From Escherichia coli (GTDB lineage: Bacteria > Pseudomonadota > Gammaproteobacteria > Enterobacterales > Enterobacteriaceae), in the NCBI RefSeq assembly GCF_003334355.1, contig NZ_QOWP01000006.1: a stretch of DNA of 64,000 nt; one strand, 5' to 3'. The notes under the pieces are model-generated. The model saw only the letters and a program-made list of their open reading frames with translations, was not told where the DNA came from and ran no database searches. Shown one piece after another: positions 32,116 through 45,291 of this stretch (position 1 is its first letter; the number at the start of each line of letters is the position of its first letter). The position numbers and the translations under genes were made by a program.

Positions 32116-33930
32116 TTAGTTCATCCATACCGTAGCCGAAATGGCAGGCAAAGCCAGAATCCCGTCAGTCAGTTGCCCATGCCCTTCTTTGCATTGCCAT
32201 TGCACGGCATTGAGAAACGGTGACGCGGGTAGCACCACTTCACAGGCCTCGCCACGGTTGATTGCCACCAGTACACGTTGCTGATTCAGCACGCGGACAA
32301 ATACCACCACGTTATCTTCCGCATACAGCACCTGACAGCCGCCATGACGTAGCGCCTGACTTTTCTTACGCAGCGCAATCATTCGCTGGTACAGCGCGAA
32401 TAACGCCGTATCCTGCTTTTCCACCTGCCAGGGGAACGGTTTACGGCAAAACGGATCGTTTTTGCCATCCAGTCCTACTTCATCACCGTAATAAATGCAC
32501 GGTACACCAGGCCAGGTGAACAGCCAGACCACCGCCAGCGGCAGGCGCGCAATATCCCGACCGAGCAGCGTTTTAAATCGCGCAGTATCGTGGCTGTCGA
32601 GCTGATTAAACATACGTAATTGTTGTTGATGAGAAAGCCCTGCGCGGTAATTATCCATCCAGGCCATACAGGTTTGGGCATCAATTTGCTGCGGATCGTA
32701 AGAGATATCGGTATTGGCAAGAAATCCCCACAACGGGAATGTGAAGCCACGATAGTTCATGGCGGCATCTTCCACATCGGCCTGTAACCATTGCCGTGCA
32801 TCGCCAAAATGTTCGCCGACAATATACGCTTCCGGCTGGGTTTCTTTCGCCGCTTCGGTGATCCCGGCAACGTGCTGCATATTATTGCGCGCCCCACCCG
32901 CCTCCCCCAGCATATGCACCACATCCAGCCGCCAGCCGTCCATATTCCACGGCGCTTTCAGCCAGTGGCGGACAATACTGTCTTCCCCGCGATAAATTTC
33001 ATTCACCAGACTTTCCGACTGATAATCCAGCTTCGGCAAGCTGGCATAGCCAAGCCAGTCGAGCGCCGTGCCATCATCACTAAACGAGTACCAGTCGCGC
33101 CAGGGCGATTCGGGGTTGTGACAAGCACCACCCGTGCCACGATTATGCCTGTCAAACCAGGCATGGGAATCGCCACTGTGGTTAAACACGCCGTCCAGCA
33201 CCAGCCGCATTCCCAGCTGCTGCGTATTGTGTCGCAAACGCAGCAACGCCCCATCACCGCCAAACTGCGGATCGACATGGCGATAATCCTCGGTATCGTA
33301 TTTATGTACGCTGGGAGCTTTAAACACCGGATTGAGATACAGCGCCGTCACGCCAAGTTTTTTCAGATACGGCAGTTTTTCGCTTATCCCGTCCAGATCG
33401 CCGCCATAGAACGTTGATCCGCCCGCCTGCGCCGTGACCGGTTCATCCCAGTCACGCAATATGATCTCTTGTCCGGCTGCGTGATGGTAATAGACATGAT
33501 CCTGTTCAGCTTCACGAGGAAGACTACGGGCGAAACGATCAGGGAAGATCTGATAAAAAATCTGATCCGCAGCCCATTGTGGGCCGATATCCGGTACATC
33601 AACGGCAAACTGCTCCAGTCGTGCCGGCGGCATTCGGCTGAAGCCCTGCGGTGTAAACCAACGCTGGCGATCGTGCCAAAGCAATTTGAAACTATAACGC
33701 CGCCGGGGTTGTCCGCTGGAGAGATCGATCGCCGCCCGCCATGCGGTGACGCCTGGCTGCGGCTGACTGCGCTGCTTATGCATCGGTACTGACATTTCTT
33801 CGTTATCGTGTTCTGTACGCAGCATAATGCGCTGCGGTGGGTCTTCGCCCGTCAGCCACAGTGTAATGAGCAGTTGATCTTTGCTTTGTTTAACAAATGG
33901 GGGCACCGGCAGGTGCCATGCATTTAACAT
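32116..33930 (-). CDS. malZ: maltodextrin glucosidase
   Basis: 604 aa (second of two ATGs) [21 protein letters not shown]; GH13 alpha-amylase family; convergent with acpH. Confidence 0.92.
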
Positions 33931-34088
33931 CATAATTCCCCTGTGATGAAAATCTGATCACCTTGCCATAGCCTAATGCAGGATCACTCATCATCTGAAG
34001 GATATTTGGGGGAGGAGGACGGGGGCGGATAACTTTCGGAATAGCCGGATCAGGATTTCCTCCTGAACCGGCTTACAGAACGCAAGGA

Positions 34089-35462
34089 TTACTGGTTTTC
34101 AGCCAGCTGACGATCGTGGCGGCGTTTAAACATCCAGCCAATCAACAGCACAACAATCCACGCGAAACCGACATACAGCGAGATACGCGTATCCGGGTGA
34201 TAACCAATCAACCCGATAATAAAGAGCAGGAAAATCAGCCCGCCGATGGTCGTTGCTACCCCACCCGGCACTTTAAATTTCAGCGCCTTAACTTCTTCTG
34301 GCGGCAAACGGCGACGGAAGGCAATTTGCGACAGCAGGATCATAATCCACACCCACACCGTGGCGAAGGTTGCCAGCGAAGCGATCACCAGGAAGACGTT
34401 TTCCGGCATGATGTAGTTCAGATACACCGCAAACAGCAGCGCGGTAGTCATCACCAGCACCGTAACCCACGGAATACCGCGACGCGACGTTTTGCTGAAA
34501 ATTTTCGGCGCGCTGCCCTGCTCTGCCATACCGTGGAGCATACGGCCTACGCCAAATACATCACTGTTAATTGCCGACAGCGAAGCAGTCAGCACAACAA
34601 AGTTAAGAATGCTGGCGGCAAAGGTAATGCCCATATGCTGGAACGTCAGCACGAACGGGCTACCGGCAGTGCCAACCTGATTCCACGGGTAGATAGACAT
34701 AATGACGAACAGCGTACCGACGTAGAACACCAGAATACGCATCGGCACGGAGTTAATCGCACGCGGTATCGATTTCTCAGGATCTTTCGCTTCACCGGCG
34801 GTAATCCCGATAATTTCGATCCCACCGTAAGCAAACATCACCATTTGCAACGACATTACCATGCCAAGCCAGCCGTTACTGAAGAAGCCGCCGTTGCTCC
34901 ACAGGTTATGAATACCGGTCGGTTGCCCGCCGTTGCCAATCCCCCAGATGATGATGCCGAAACCGGCGACAATCATGATGATGATGGTGGCGACTTTAAA
35001 GAACGAGAACCAGAATTCCAGCTCACCGAATACCTTCACGCTCATCAGGTTTACGGCGCAAATGATCAGCACCACGCTCAGTACCCAAATCCAGTGCGGC
35101 ACCGTCGGGAACCAGACACCCATATAGATACCAAAAGCGGTCACATCGGCGATGGCGACAATAAGGATTTCAAAGCAGTAGGTCCAGCCGGTAATGTAAC
35201 CTGCCAGCGGGCCGAGGTTTTCCTGCGCATAACGCGAGAAAGAGCTGGCGGCCGGGTTATGTACCGACATTTCCCCCAGCGCACGCATAATGATATACGC
35301 CGCGATACCACCGATAATATAGGCCAACAACACGCTCGGACCGGCCATTTTGATGGCGTCTGCCGAACCGTAAAACAGCCCGGTGCCAATTGCTGAACCC
35401 AGTGCCATAAAGCGTATGTGGCGGGTACTTAGCCCACGCTTTAGCTTGTTCTTACTTTCCAT
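34089..35462 (-). CDS. proY: proline-specific permease (APC family)
   Basis: 457 aa from ATG at 35462 (the codon upstream is TTG) [30 protein letters not shown]. Confidence 0.92.
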   Translation of the reverse strand: MESKNKLKRGLSTRHIRFMALGSAIGTGLFYGSADAIKMAGPSVLLAYIIGGIAAYIIMRALGEMSVHNPAASSFSRYAQENLGPLAGYITGWTYCFEILIVAIADVTAFGIYMGVWFPTVPHWIWVLSVVLIICAVNLMSVKVFGELEFWFSFFKVATIIIMIVAGFGIIIWGIGNGGQPTGIHNLWSNGGFFSNGWLGMVMSLQMVMFAYGGIEIIGITAGEAKDPEKSIPRAINSVPMRILVFYVGTLFVIMSIYPWNQVGTAGSPFVLTFQHMGITFAASILNFVVLTASLSAINSDVFGVGRMLHGMAEQGSAPKIFSKTSRRGIPWVTVLVMTTALLFAVYLNYIMPENVFLVIASLATFATVWVWIMILLSQIAFRRRLPPEEVKALKFKVPGGVATTIGGLIFLLFIIGLIGYHPDTRISLYVGFAWIVVLLIGWMFKRRHDRQLAENQ

Positions 35463-35537
35463 CAATTCCTAACCCATCAACACAATAAAAAACCACGGGG
35501 CATCGCAGCCCCGTGGTTAAAACAAATGTTCAGTGAT

Positions 35538-36857
35538 TTAGTGAGCGCTGGAGGTCACCTGACGACCTGCCGCGCGATCCCAGATAATGGCCAGAACCAC
35601 CATCACCACTGTTGGCATTAACCACGCCAGACCTTGTTCGGCCAGCGGTAAACGCTGCGCCCAGGACGGTAAGATATCGCTGAATGCAGATGCTTTGATC
35701 CCGTCGAGAATACCAAAAAGCAGGCTGATAAACATCGGCGGAGCAATCACGCGGGACGAATTATGCCACCATGAGCGTGTAAAACTTAATACAACCAGTG
35801 CGATACACGGCGGATAAATAGCGGTCAGCACCGGTACGGAGATCTGGATCAGCTGGCTTAAGCCGAGGTTAGAAACCACCATCGAGAAGCCGCCGAGGAT
35901 AAACACCAGCGTACGATAAGAGAGCGGTACGTACTGGGCAAAGAATTCTGCACAAGCACAGGTCAGGCCAACTGCCGTTACCAGGCAGGCGATGAAGATT
36001 AACGCCGCCAGCAGGAAGCTACCGCCGCCGCCAAAGGTGTGCTGAACGTAAGCATGCAGAATAGCAGCGCCGTTTGCAGACTGATCGACCAGCGACGCGC
36101 TGTCTGACCCCAGACGGAACAGCGCCAGGTACAGCAGAGTCAGACCAACACCCGCCATCAGGCCAGCCCAGACGGTATAACGGGTCAGCAGACGCGCTTC
36201 GGTAACGCCACGAGAACGCGCCGCGTTAACAATAACGATACCAAACACCATTGCGCCCAGCGTATCCATGGTCAGATAGCCGTTAACGAAGCCGTTAGAA
36301 AACGCAGCGTTTTGATAAGCCTCAGTCGCCGTGCTGATAGAACCCGCCGGCCAGACAATAGCGGCAACAGACAGGATGACCAGCGCGATAATTTTCAGCG
36401 GCGCAAGGAAGTTGCCCACGGTATCCAGCAGCTTGCCCGGATAGAGCGAAACCAGAATAACGATAGCGAAATAGACCAGGCTGTAGATAAACAGCGGCAG
36501 CGCGGAATCACCCGTCAGCGGCGCAATCCCCACTTCAAAGGAAACGGTAGCTGTACGCGGCGTAGCGAAAAGCGGCCCCACCGCCAGGTAACAAACCGTT
36601 GCCAGCAGTACGCCAGCGACTTTACCGATTGGCGTGCTGAGGCTGTCAACACCGCCGCCAACTTTTGCCAGCGCCACTACCGTTAATACCGGCAGGCCAA
36701 CGGCAGTAATGAGGAAGCCGAATGCCGCAGTCCAGACGTGTTCGCCTGCCTGTAAGCCGACCATTGGAGGGAAAATAATGTTACCTGCGCCGACGAACAA
36801 CGCAAATGTCATAAAGCCCAGAGCGATGATATCGCGCGATCTTAATTGATGGGTCAT
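35538..36857 (-). CDS. brnQ: branched-chain amino acid transport system 2 carrier
   Basis: 439 aa [31 protein letters not shown]. Confidence 0.93.
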   Translation of the reverse strand: MTHQLRSRDIIALGFMTFALFVGAGNIIFPPMVGLQAGEHVWTAAFGFLITAVGLPVLTVVALAKVGGGVDSLSTPIGKVAGVLLATVCYLAVGPLFATPRTATVSFEVGIAPLTGDSALPLFIYSLVYFAIVILVSLYPGKLLDTVGNFLAPLKIIALVILSVAAIVWPAGSISTATEAYQNAAFSNGFVNGYLTMDTLGAMVFGIVIVNAARSRGVTEARLLTRYTVWAGLMAGVGLTLLYLALFRLGSDSASLVDQSANGAAILHAYVQHTFGGGGSFLLAALIFIACLVTAVGLTCACAEFFAQYVPLSYRTLVFILGGFSMVVSNLGLSQLIQISVPVLTAIYPPCIALVVLSFTRSWWHNSSRVIAPPMFISLLFGILDGIKASAFSDILPSWAQRLPLAEQGLAWLMPTVVMVVLAIIWDRAAGRQVTSSAH

Positions 36858-37204
36858 AAATCATACTGCCTGTGGATGTGGTGTTGTAACGTTAAATTTT
36901 TGTGCCAATCCCTGGGGATGATACAGCGGTATATTTAAACAATTTTAGCGGGAAATACTCCCAACCAGGCGCGGCGAAGAATAGTTTTTCGATTTACCGC
37001 GTTAATGCAGTCAGTATGACAGCACCTGAAGCGCAATTTAAACGCTTATAACGTTTTAAAGCAAGGAGGGATCTAAAAACCAGAGGTATATAGCGATAAG
37101 AAATCACCAACCAGTATAAAACACTATTTCCGTGAAAAAGACATGGCTAATCATGCGAACAAAAAATCACCAACCGTTGTAAAATCTAACGCCCGTATTT
37201 TGAC

Positions 37205-37238
37205 TGCAAAGAAAATAAGCCAGCATCGACTGGCTTAT
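37205..37238 (-). terminator. intrinsic terminator of phoR
   Basis: 9-bp stem ATAAGCCAG/CTGGCTTAT, followed on the minus strand by TTTTCTTTG. Confidence 0.7.
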
Positions 37239-37263
37239 GGCAATAAAAGATGACAAAGGCGGA

Positions 37264-38559
37264 TTAATCGCTGTTTTTGGCAATTAAACGTTCCGGGATA
37301 ACAAAACTGAAACGTGTTCCTTTTCCTACTGTACTCTCAATATTCAGGCGACTTTCGTGATGATTCACAGCATGTTTCACGATCGCTAACCCTAATCCGC
37401 TACCGCCGGTTTGCCGGGAACGCGCTTTATCAACGCGATAAAAACGCTCGGTCAGGCGCGGAATATGCTCCGGTGCAATGCCCGGTCCGTTATCTTCAAC
37501 GCTAAATTCGGCACCGTGCGGCACTCGCTGCCAGCGTACGGTGATATGCGTGCCTTCCGGCGTATGATTCACGGCGTTATAGACCAGGTTCGAAATCGCA
37601 CTGCGTAGCTGATCTTCGTTGCCAGACACCTTGAGGCCGTTATCTATCTCAAAGGTAAATGTCTGTTTTTTCTGACTCAGAGTCTGAGCCTCGCGCTCAA
37701 CAACGCGCAGCATCATCGGCACATCAACCTTTTCATTGAGCAAATGCGTCGGTGCGGCTTCTATTTTCGACAGCGTCAGCAATTGCTTCACCAGTCCTTC
37801 CATCCGCTGGGTCTGCTCGCGCATGGTGTGCAACGCTTTTTCGCGTACCGCGCCTTCCAGCGGCTGCTCATTCATCATCTCCAGGTAACCCTGTAACACG
37901 GTCAATGGCGTACGTAACTCATGGCTCACGTTGGCAAAAAAGTTACGCCGCGCCCCTTCCAGTTGATGCATTTGCGTGACATCACGCGCCACCATCAGCA
38001 ACTGTTTGTGGGTATAAGGCATGACGCGAATTTCCAGATGCCGCCCGGTGTTGAGCACCAGATTGAGCGGGCGAGAAAAATCACGCGTTTTCAGATATTG
38101 CGTAAACTCCGGGTAACGCAGTAGGTTAAGGATGTTCTGCCCGTTATCTTCCGGCCAGCGCAAACCAAGAATTTGTTGCGCCAGACCGTTACACCAGAAA
38201 ATACCGCCCTCTTCCGTGGTCAGCACCACCGCGTCGGGCAGCGACTCCGCGCCGCTACGAAAGCGTTTAATCAGATTGCCCAGTTCACGGCGGCGTTTTT
38301 TATTTCGCAGCTGCATCTGGTGTAAGCCGTATAGTAGCGGTTCCCAGCTACCACGCCCCGGTGGCGGGGTCATACTGCGATCCACCCACAGCCACCATGA
38401 AAGGCGCAATAAATTCCAGAAATGCCAGATAAGCAGTCCTGTTACCGATGCCAGCAAAAACCAGGGCAGGTAACCAAAAAATGCACCCAGGATGAAAGCC
38501 GGGAGGCAGCAAAGTAGCAGCTCCAGCACCAGCCTTTTCCACGACAGCCGTTCCAGCAC
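37264..38559 (-). CDS. phoR: phosphate regulon sensor histidine kinase
   Basis: 431 aa; H-box [14 protein letters not shown]-binding G-box [10 protein letters not shown]. Confidence 0.96.
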   Translation of the reverse strand: MLERLSWKRLVLELLLCCLPAFILGAFFGYLPWFLLASVTGLLIWHFWNLLRLSWWLWVDRSMTPPPGRGSWEPLLYGLHQMQLRNKKRRRELGNLIKRFRSGAESLPDAVVLTTEEGGIFWCNGLAQQILGLRWPEDNGQNILNLLRYPEFTQYLKTRDFSRPLNLVLNTGRHLEIRVMPYTHKQLLMVARDVTQMHQLEGARRNFFANVSHELRTPLTVLQGYLEMMNEQPLEGAVREKALHTMREQTQRMEGLVKQLLTLSKIEAAPTHLLNEKVDVPMMLRVVEREAQTLSQKKQTFTFEIDNGLKVSGNEDQLRSAISNLVYNAVNHTPEGTHITVRWQRVPHGAEFSVEDNGPGIAPEHIPRLTERFYRVDKARSRQTGGSGLGLAIVKHAVNHHESRLNIESTVGKGTRFSFVIPERLIAKNSD

Positions 38560-38616
38560 GTAAGATACTCCAGTTAAGAAATCATAAGCCCTGCTCTGCG
38601 TCCGATGAGCAAGGCG

Positions 38617-39306
38617 TTAAAAGCGGGTTGAAAAACGATATCCTGTACCGCGCACGGTCTGCACCATGCGGTCATGCCCGCCGGGCTCCAGTGCTTTACG
38701 CAGGCGACGAATGTGGACATCGACCGTGCGGTCTTCCACATACACGTTAGTTCCCCAGACGTGGTTTAACAGCTGCTCGCGGCTGTACACGCGCTCAGGA
38801 TGCGTCATAAAAAAGTGCAGCAGTTTAAATTCTGTCGGCCCCATCTCCAGCGGCTCTTCGCCCGCCATCACTCGGTGAGATGTCGGGTCGAGACTTAATC
38901 CCTGCATCTCAATCACCTCTTCCACCGCCATTGGCGAAATACGGCGCATTACCGCTTTGATTCGCGCCACCAGCTCCTTCGGCGAAAACGGCTTGGTGAT
39001 ATAGTCATCCGCGCCGGTTTCAAGGCCGCGCACGCGATCTTCTTCTTCCCCTCTGGCGGTCAACATCACCACTGGAATATCCCGGGTCATCGACTCGCGC
39101 TTGAGGTGTTTGATGAACTGGATACCGGAGCCGCCAGGTAACATCCAGTCAAGGAGAATTAAATCCGGCCAGGGTTCATTCAGTTGATTCACAGCACTGT
39201 CATAATCTTCCGCTTCGACCGGCTGAAAGCCATTTTGTTCGAGCACGAAGCAGACCATTTCGCGAATTGGAGCTTCATCTTCTACGACCAGAATACGTCT
39301 CGCCAT
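38617..39306 (-). CDS. phoB: phosphate regulon response regulator
   Basis: 229 aa [18 protein letters not shown] receiver + winged-helix OmpR-type output. Confidence 0.97.
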
Positions 39307-39360
39307 GATTTGCCCTGTTGTAATAAATAGGTTGCGATCATTAATGCGACGTCATTATGC

Positions 39361-39387
39361 GTCAGATTTATGACAGATTTATGAAAA
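39361..39387 (-). promoter_or_regulatory. Pho box (PhoB-P binding site) of the phoBR promoter
   Basis: Minus-strand reads TTTTCATAAATCTGTCATAAATCTGAC (tandem CTGTCAT-type repeats) about 55 bp upstream of the phoB ATG. Confidence 0.85.
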
Positions 39388-39495
39388 GCTCGTCGCACAT
39401 ATCTTCAGGTTATTGATTTCCGTGGCGCAGAAAAAAGCAAATGGCACATCTGTTTGGGTATAATCGCGCCCATGCTTTTTCGCCAGGGAACCGTT

Positions 39496-40698
39496 ATGCG
39501 CATCCTTCACACCTCAGACTGGCATCTCGGCCAGAACTTCTACAGTAAAAGCCGCGAAGCTGAACATCAGGCTTTTCTTGACTGGCTGCTGGAGACAGCA
39601 CAAACCCATCAGGTGGATGCGATTATTGTTGCCGGTGATGTTTTCGATACCGGCTCGCCGCCCAGTTACGCCCGCACGTTATACAACCGTTTTGTTGTCA
39701 ATTTACAGCAAACTGGCTGTCATCTGGTGGTACTGGCAGGAAACCATGACTCGGTCGCCACGCTGAATGAATCGCGCGATATCATGGCGTTCCTCAATAC
39801 TACCGTGGTCGCCAGCGCCGGACATGCGCCGCAAATCTTGCCTCGTCGCGACGGGACGCCAGGCGCAGTGCTGTGCCCCATTCCGTTTTTACGTCCGCGT
39901 GACATTATTACCAGCCAGGCGGGGCTTAACGGTATTGAAAAACAGCAGCATTTACTGGCAGCGATTACCGATTATTACCAACAACACTATGCCGATGCCT
40001 GCAAACTGCGCGGCGATCAGCCTCTGCCCATCATCGCCACGGGACATTTAACGACCGTGGGGGCCAGTAAAAGTGACGCCGTGCGTGACATTTATATTGG
40101 CACGCTGGACGCGTTTCCGGCACAAAACTTTCCACCAGCCGACTACATCGCGCTCGGGCATATTCACCGCGCACAGATTATTGGCGGCATGGAACATGTT
40201 CGCTATTGCGGCTCCCCCATTCCGCTGAGTTTTGATGAATGCGGTAAGAGTAAATATGTCCATCTGGTGACATTTTCAAACGGCAAATTAGAGAGCGTGG
40301 AAAACCTGAACGTACCGGTAACGCAACCCATGGCAGTGCTGAAAGGCGATCTGGCGTCGATTACCGCACAGCTGGAACAGTGGCGCGATGTATCGCAGGA
40401 GCCACCTGTCTGGCTGGATATCGAAATCACTACTGATGAGTATCTGCATGATATTCATCGCAAAATCCAGGCATTAACCGAATCATTGCCTGTCGAAGTA
40501 TTGCTGGTACGTCGGAGTCGTGAACAGCGCGAGCGTGTGTTAGCCAGCCAACAGCGTGAAACCCTCAGCGAACTCAGCGTCGAAGAGGTGTTCAATCGCC
40601 GTCTGGCACTGGAAGAACTGGATGAATCGCAGCAGCAACGTCTGCAGCATCTTTTCACCACGACGTTGCATACCCTCGCCGGAGAACACGAAGCATGA
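39496..40698 (+). CDS. sbcD: SbcCD nuclease subunit D (Mre11-like)
   Basis: Internal ATG gives 400 aa [27 protein letters not shown] calcineurin-like phosphoesterase. Confidence 0.93.
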   Translation: MRILHTSDWHLGQNFYSKSREAEHQAFLDWLLETAQTHQVDAIIVAGDVFDTGSPPSYARTLYNRFVVNLQQTGCHLVVLAGNHDSVATLNESRDIMAFLNTTVVASAGHAPQILPRRDGTPGAVLCPIPFLRPRDIITSQAGLNGIEKQQHLLAAITDYYQQHYADACKLRGDQPLPIIATGHLTTVGASKSDAVRDIYIGTLDAFPAQNFPPADYIALGHIHRAQIIGGMEHVRYCGSPIPLSFDECGKSKYVHLVTFSNGKLESVENLNVPVTQPMAVLKGDLASITAQLEQWRDVSQEPPVWLDIEITTDEYLHDIHRKIQALTESLPVEVLLVRRSREQRERVLASQQRETLSELSVEEVFNRRLALEELDESQQQRLQHLFTTTLHTLAGEHEA

Positions 40699-43600
40699 AA
40701 ATTCTCAGCCTGCGCCTGAAAAACCTGAACTCATTAAAAGGCGAATGGAAGATTGATTTCACCCGCGAGCCGTTCGCCAGCAACGGGCTGTTTGCTATTA
40801 CCGGCCCAACAGGTGCGGGGAAAACCACCCTGCTGGACGCCATTTGTCTGGCGCTGTATCACGAAACTCCGCGTCTCTCTAACGTTTCACAATCGCAAAA
40901 TGATCTCATGACCCGCGATACCGCCGAATGTCTGGCGGAGGTGGAGTTTGAAGTGAAAGGTGAAGCGTACCGTGCATTCTGGAGCCAGAATCGGGCGCGT
41001 AACCAACCCGACGGTAATTTGCAGGTGCCACGCGTAGAGCTGGCGCGCTGCGCCGACGGCAAAATTCTCGCCGACAAAGTGAAAGATAAGCTGGAACTGA
41101 CAGCGACGTTAACCGGGCTGGATTACGGGCGCTTCACCCGTTCGATGCTGCTTTCGCAGGGGCAATTTGCTGCCTTCCTGAATGCCAAACCCAAAGAACG
41201 CGCGGAATTGCTCGAGGAGTTAACCGGCACTGAAATCTACGGGCAAATCTCGGCGATGGTTTTTGAGCAGCACAAATCGGCCCGCACAGAGCTGGAGAAG
41301 CTGCAAGCGCAGGCCAGCGGCGTCACGTTGCTCACGCCGGAACAAGTGCAATCGCTGACAGCGAGTTTGCAGGTACTTACTGACGAAGAAAAACAGTTAA
41401 TTACCGCGCAGCAGCAAGAACAACAATCGCTAAACTGGTTAACGCGTCAGGACGAATTGCAGCAAGAAGCCAGCCGCCGTCAGCAGGCCTTGCAACAGGC
41501 GTTAGCCGAAGAAGAAAAAGCGCAACCTCAACTGGCGGCGCTTAGTCTGGCACAACCGGCACGAAATCTTCGTCCGCACTGGGAACGCATCGCAGAACAC
41601 AGCGCGGCGCTGGCGCATACTCGCCAGCAGATTGAAGAAGTAAATACTCGCTTACAGAGCACAATGGCGCTTCGCGCGAGCATTCGCCACCACGCGGCGA
41701 AGCAGTCAGCAGAATTACAGCAGCAGCAACAAAGCCTGAATACCTGGTTACAGGAACACGACCGCTTCCGTCAGTGGAACAACGAACTGGCGGGTTGGCG
41801 TGCGCAGTTCTCCCAACAAACCAGCGATCGCGAGCATCTGCGGCAATGGCAGCAACAGTTAACCCATGCTGAGCAAAAACTTAATGCGCTTGCGGCGATC
41901 ACGTTGACGTTAACCGCCGATGAAGTTGCTACCGCCCTGGCGCAACATGCTGAGCAACGCCCACTGCGTCAGCGCCTGGTCGCGCTGCATGGGCAGATTG
42001 TTCCCCAACAAAAACGTCTGGCGCAGTTAATGGTCACTATCCAGAATGTCACTCTGGAACAGACGCAACGTAATGTCGCACTTAACGAAATGCGCCAGCG
42101 TTATAAAGAAAAGACGCAGCAACTTGCCGATGTGAAAACCATTTGCGAGCAGGAAGCGCGCATCAAAACGCTGGAAGCTCAACGTGCACAGTTACAGGCG
42201 GGTCAGCCTTGCCCACTTTGTGGTTCCACCAGCCACCCGGCGGTCGAGGCGTATCAGGCGCTGGAGCCTGGCGTTAATCAGTCTCGATTACTGGCGCTGG
42301 AAAACGAAGTTAAAAAGCTCGGTGAAGAAGGTGCGACGCTACGTGGGCAACTGGACGCCATAACAAAGCAGCTTCAGCGTGATGAAAACGAAGCGCAAAG
42401 CCTCCGACAAGATGAGCAAGCACTTACTCAACAATGGCAAGCCGTCACGGCCAGCCTCAATATCACCTTGCAGCCACTGGACGATATTCAACCGTGGCTG
42501 GATGCACAAGATGAGCACGAACGCCAGCTGCGGTTACTCAGCCAACGGCATGAATTACAAGGGCAGATTGCCGCGCATAATCAGCAAATTATCCAGTATC
42601 AACAGCAAATTGAACAACGCCAGCAACTACTTTTAACGACATTGACGGGTTATGCACTGACATTGCCACAGGAAGATGAAGAAGAGAGCTGGTTGGCGAC
42701 ACGTCAGCAAGAAGCGCAGAGCTGGCAGCAACGCCAGAACGAATTAACCGCGCTGCAAAACCGTATTCAGCAGCTGACGCCGATTCTGGAAACGTTGCCG
42801 CAAAGTGATGAACTCCCGCACTGCGAAGAAACTGTGGTATTGGAAAACTGGCGGCAGGTACATGAACAATGTCTCGCATTACACAGCCAGCAGCAGACGT
42901 TACAGCAACAGGATGTTCTGGCGGCGCAAAGTCTGCAAAAAGCCCAGGCGCAGTTTGACACCGCGCTACAGGCCAGCGTCTTTGACGATCAGCAGGCGTT
43001 CCTTGCGGCGCTAATGGATGAACAAACACTAACGCAGCTGGAACAGCTCAAGCAGAATCTGGAAAACCAGCGCCGTCAGGCGCAAACGCTGGTCACTCAG
43101 ACAGCAGAAACGCTGGCACAGCATCAACAACACCGACCTGACGACGGGTTGGCTCTCACTGTGACGGTGGAGCAGATTCAGCAAGAGTTAGCGCAAACTC
43201 ACCAAAAGTTGCGTGAAAACACCACGAGTCAAGGCGAGATTCGCCAGCAGCTGAAGCAGGATGCAGATAACCGTCAGCAACAACAAACCTTAATGCAGCA
43301 AATTGCTCAAATGACGCAGCAGGTTGAGGACTGGGGATATCTGAATTCGCTAATAGGTTCCAAAGAGGGCGATAAATTCCGCAAGTTTGCCCAGGGGCTG
43401 ACGCTGGATAATTTAGTCCATCTCGCTAATCAGCAACTTACCCGGCTGCACGGGCGCTATCTGTTACAGCGCAAAGCCAGCGAGGCGCTGGAAGTCGAGG
43501 TTGTTGATACCTGGCAGGCAGATGCGGTACGCGATACCCGTACCCTTTCCGGCGGCGAAAGTTTCCTCGTTAGTCTGGCGCTGGCGCTGGCGCTTTCGGA

Positions 43601-43841
43601 TCTGGTCAGCCATAAAACACGTATTGACTCGCTGTTCCTTGATGAAGGTTTTGGCACGCTGGATAGCGAAACGCTGGATACCGCCCTTGATGCGCTGGAT
43701 GCCCTGAACGCCAGTGGCAAAACCATCGGTGTGATTAGCCACGTAGAAGCGATGAAAGAGCGTATTCCGGTGCAGATCAAAGTGAAAAAGATCAACGGCC
43801 TGGGCTACAGCAAACTGGAAAGTACGTTTGCAGTGAAATAA
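40695..43841 (+). CDS. sbcC: SbcCD nuclease subunit C (Rad50-like ATPase)
   Basis: 1048 aa; Walker [10 protein letters not shown], long Q/E-rich coiled coil, CPLCGS zinc hook, signature [15 protein letters not shown]; start overlaps sbcD stop (ATGA). Confidence 0.96.
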   Translation: MKILSLRLKNLNSLKGEWKIDFTREPFASNGLFAITGPTGAGKTTLLDAICLALYHETPRLSNVSQSQNDLMTRDTAECLAEVEFEVKGEAYRAFWSQNRARNQPDGNLQVPRVELARCADGKILADKVKDKLELTATLTGLDYGRFTRSMLLSQGQFAAFLNAKPKERAELLEELTGTEIYGQISAMVFEQHKSARTELEKLQAQASGVTLLTPEQVQSLTASLQVLTDEEKQLITAQQQEQQSLNWLTRQDELQQEASRRQQALQQALAEEEKAQPQLAALSLAQPARNLRPHWERIAEHSAALAHTRQQIEEVNTRLQSTMALRASIRHHAAKQSAELQQQQQSLNTWLQEHDRFRQWNNELAGWRAQFSQQTSDREHLRQWQQQLTHAEQKLNALAAITLTLTADEVATALAQHAEQRPLRQRLVALHGQIVPQQKRLAQLMVTIQNVTLEQTQRNVALNEMRQRYKEKTQQLADVKTICEQEARIKTLEAQRAQLQAGQPCPLCGSTSHPAVEAYQALEPGVNQSRLLALENEVKKLGEEGATLRGQLDAITKQLQRDENEAQSLRQDEQALTQQWQAVTASLNITLQPLDDIQPWLDAQDEHERQLRLLSQRHELQGQIAAHNQQIIQYQQQIEQRQQLLLTTLTGYALTLPQEDEEESWLATRQQEAQSWQQRQNELTALQNRIQQLTPILETLPQSDELPHCEETVVLENWRQVHEQCLALHSQQQTLQQQDVLAAQSLQKAQAQFDTALQASVFDDQQAFLAALMDEQTLTQLEQLKQNLENQRRQAQTLVTQTAETLAQHQQHRPDDGLALTVTVEQIQQELAQTHQKLRENTTSQGEIRQQLKQDADNRQQQQTLMQQIAQMTQQVEDWGYLNSLIGSKEGDKFRKFAQGLTLDNLVHLANQQLTRLHGRYLLQRKASEALEVEVVDTWQADAVRDTRTLSGGESFLVSLALALALSDLVSHKTRIDSLFLDEGFGTLDSETLDTALDALDALNASGKTIGVISHVEAMKERIPVQIKVKKINGLGYSKLESTFAVK

Positions 43842-43966
43842 CTATTCAGCAGGATAATGAATACAGAGGGGCGAATTATCTCTTGGCCTTGCTGGTCGTT
43901 ATCCTGCAAGCTATCACTTTATTGGCTACGGTGATTGGTAGCCGTTCTGGTGGTTGTGATGGTGGT

Positions 43967-45151
43967 ATGAAAAAAGTCATTTTATCTTTGGCTCTGGGCA
44001 CGTTTGGTTTGGGGATGGCCGAATTTGGCATTATGGGCGTGCTCACGGAGCTGGCGCATAACGTAGGAATTTCGATTCCTGCCGCCGGGCATATGATCTC
44101 GTATTATGCACTGGGGGTGGTGGTCGGTGCGCCAATCATCGCACTCTTTTCCAGCCGCTACTCACTCAAACATATCTTGTTGTTTCTGGTGGCGTTGTGC
44201 GTCATTGGCAACGCCATGTTCACGCTCTCTTCGTCTTACCTGATGCTCGCCATTGGTCGGCTGGTATCCGGCTTTCCGCATGGCGCATTTTTTGGCGTCG
44301 GAGCGATCGTGTTATCAAAAATTATCAAACCCGGAAAAGTCACCGCCGCCGTGGCGGGGATGGTTTCCGGGATGACAGTCGCCAATTTGCTGGGCATTCC
44401 GCTGGGAACGTATTTAAGTCAGGAATTTAGCTGGCGTTACACCTTTTTATTGATCGCTGTTTTTAATATTGCGGTGATGGCATCGGTCTATTTTTGGGTG
44501 CCAGATATTCGCGACGAGGCGAAAGGAAAGCTGCGCGAACAATTTCACTTTTTGCGCAGCCCGGCCCCGTGGTTAATTTTCGCCGCCACGATGTTTGGCA
44601 ACGCAGGTGTGTTTGCCTGGTTCAGCTACGTAAAGCCATACATGATGTTTATTTCCGGTTTTTCGGAAACGGCGATGACCTTTATTATGATGTTAGTTGG
44701 GCTAGGGATGGTGCTGGGAAATATGCTAAGTGGCAGGATTTCAGGACGTTATTCACCACTGCGCATTGCAGCAGTGACTGACTTTATCATTGTACTGGCA
44801 CTGCTGATGCTCTTTTTCTGCGGCGGCATGAAAACAACGTCGCTTATTTTTGCTTTTATTTGTTGCGCGGGATTATTTGCCCTTTCAGCACCTCTGCAAA
44901 TATTGTTACTGCAAAATGCCAAAGGCGGAGAGTTATTAGGTGCCGCAGGTGGGCAAATAGCGTTTAACCTCGGTAGCGCCGTCGGCGCATATTGCGGAGG
45001 TATGATGCTGACGCTGGGGCTGGCATATAATTACGTGGCGCTGCCTGCCGCCCTGCTTTCGTTTGCTGCGATGTCATCGTTGCTGCTGTATGGTCGCTAT
45101 AAGCGCCAGCAAGCGGCGGATAGTCCGGTGCTGGCGAAACCACTGGGGTAG
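43967..45151 (+). CDS. araJ: MFS transporter AraJ (arabinose-inducible)
   Basis: Internal ATG gives 394 aa MKKVILSLALGTFGLGMAEFGIMGVL. Confidence 0.88.
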   Translation: MKKVILSLALGTFGLGMAEFGIMGVLTELAHNVGISIPAAGHMISYYALGVVVGAPIIALFSSRYSLKHILLFLVALCVIGNAMFTLSSSYLMLAIGRLVSGFPHGAFFGVGAIVLSKIIKPGKVTAAVAGMVSGMTVANLLGIPLGTYLSQEFSWRYTFLLIAVFNIAVMASVYFWVPDIRDEAKGKLREQFHFLRSPAPWLIFAATMFGNAGVFAWFSYVKPYMMFISGFSETAMTFIMMLVGLGMVLGNMLSGRISGRYSPLRIAAVTDFIIVLALLMLFFCGGMKTTSLIFAFICCAGLFALSAPLQILLLQNAKGGELLGAAGGQIAFNLGSAVGAYCGGMMLTLGLAYNYVALPAALLSFAAMSSLLLYGRYKRQQAADSPVLAKPLG

Positions 45152-45179
45152 ATTACTGTCACGGTGCGCGTTGCTTATT

Positions 45180-45267
45180 GCCGGATGCGGCGTGAACGCC
45201 TTATCCGGCCTACGGTTCTGGCACCTTTTGTAGGCCTGATAAGACGCGGCAAGCGTCGCATCAGGCA
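45180..45267. repeat. BIME: two REP elements (araJ-mak convergent junction)
   Basis: GCCGGATGCGGCGTGAACGCCTTATCCGGCCTAC and GTAGGCCTGATAAGACGCGGCAAGCGTCGCATCAGGCA. Confidence 0.88.
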
Positions 45268-45291
45268 TGATGCGCCAATTGCCTACGTTTT

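Noticed and set aside
34116-35396. 426-codon plus-strand ORF antisense to proY
   Set aside because: Shadow frame of proY; composition atypical of real proteins.
41400-43300. Long glutamine/glutamate-rich, apparently repetitive stretch that could be mistaken for a tandem repeat or low-complexity insert
   Set aside because: It is the coiled-coil arm of SbcC, flanked by intact Walker A and signature motifs and containing the CxxC zinc hook; it is in frame throughout.
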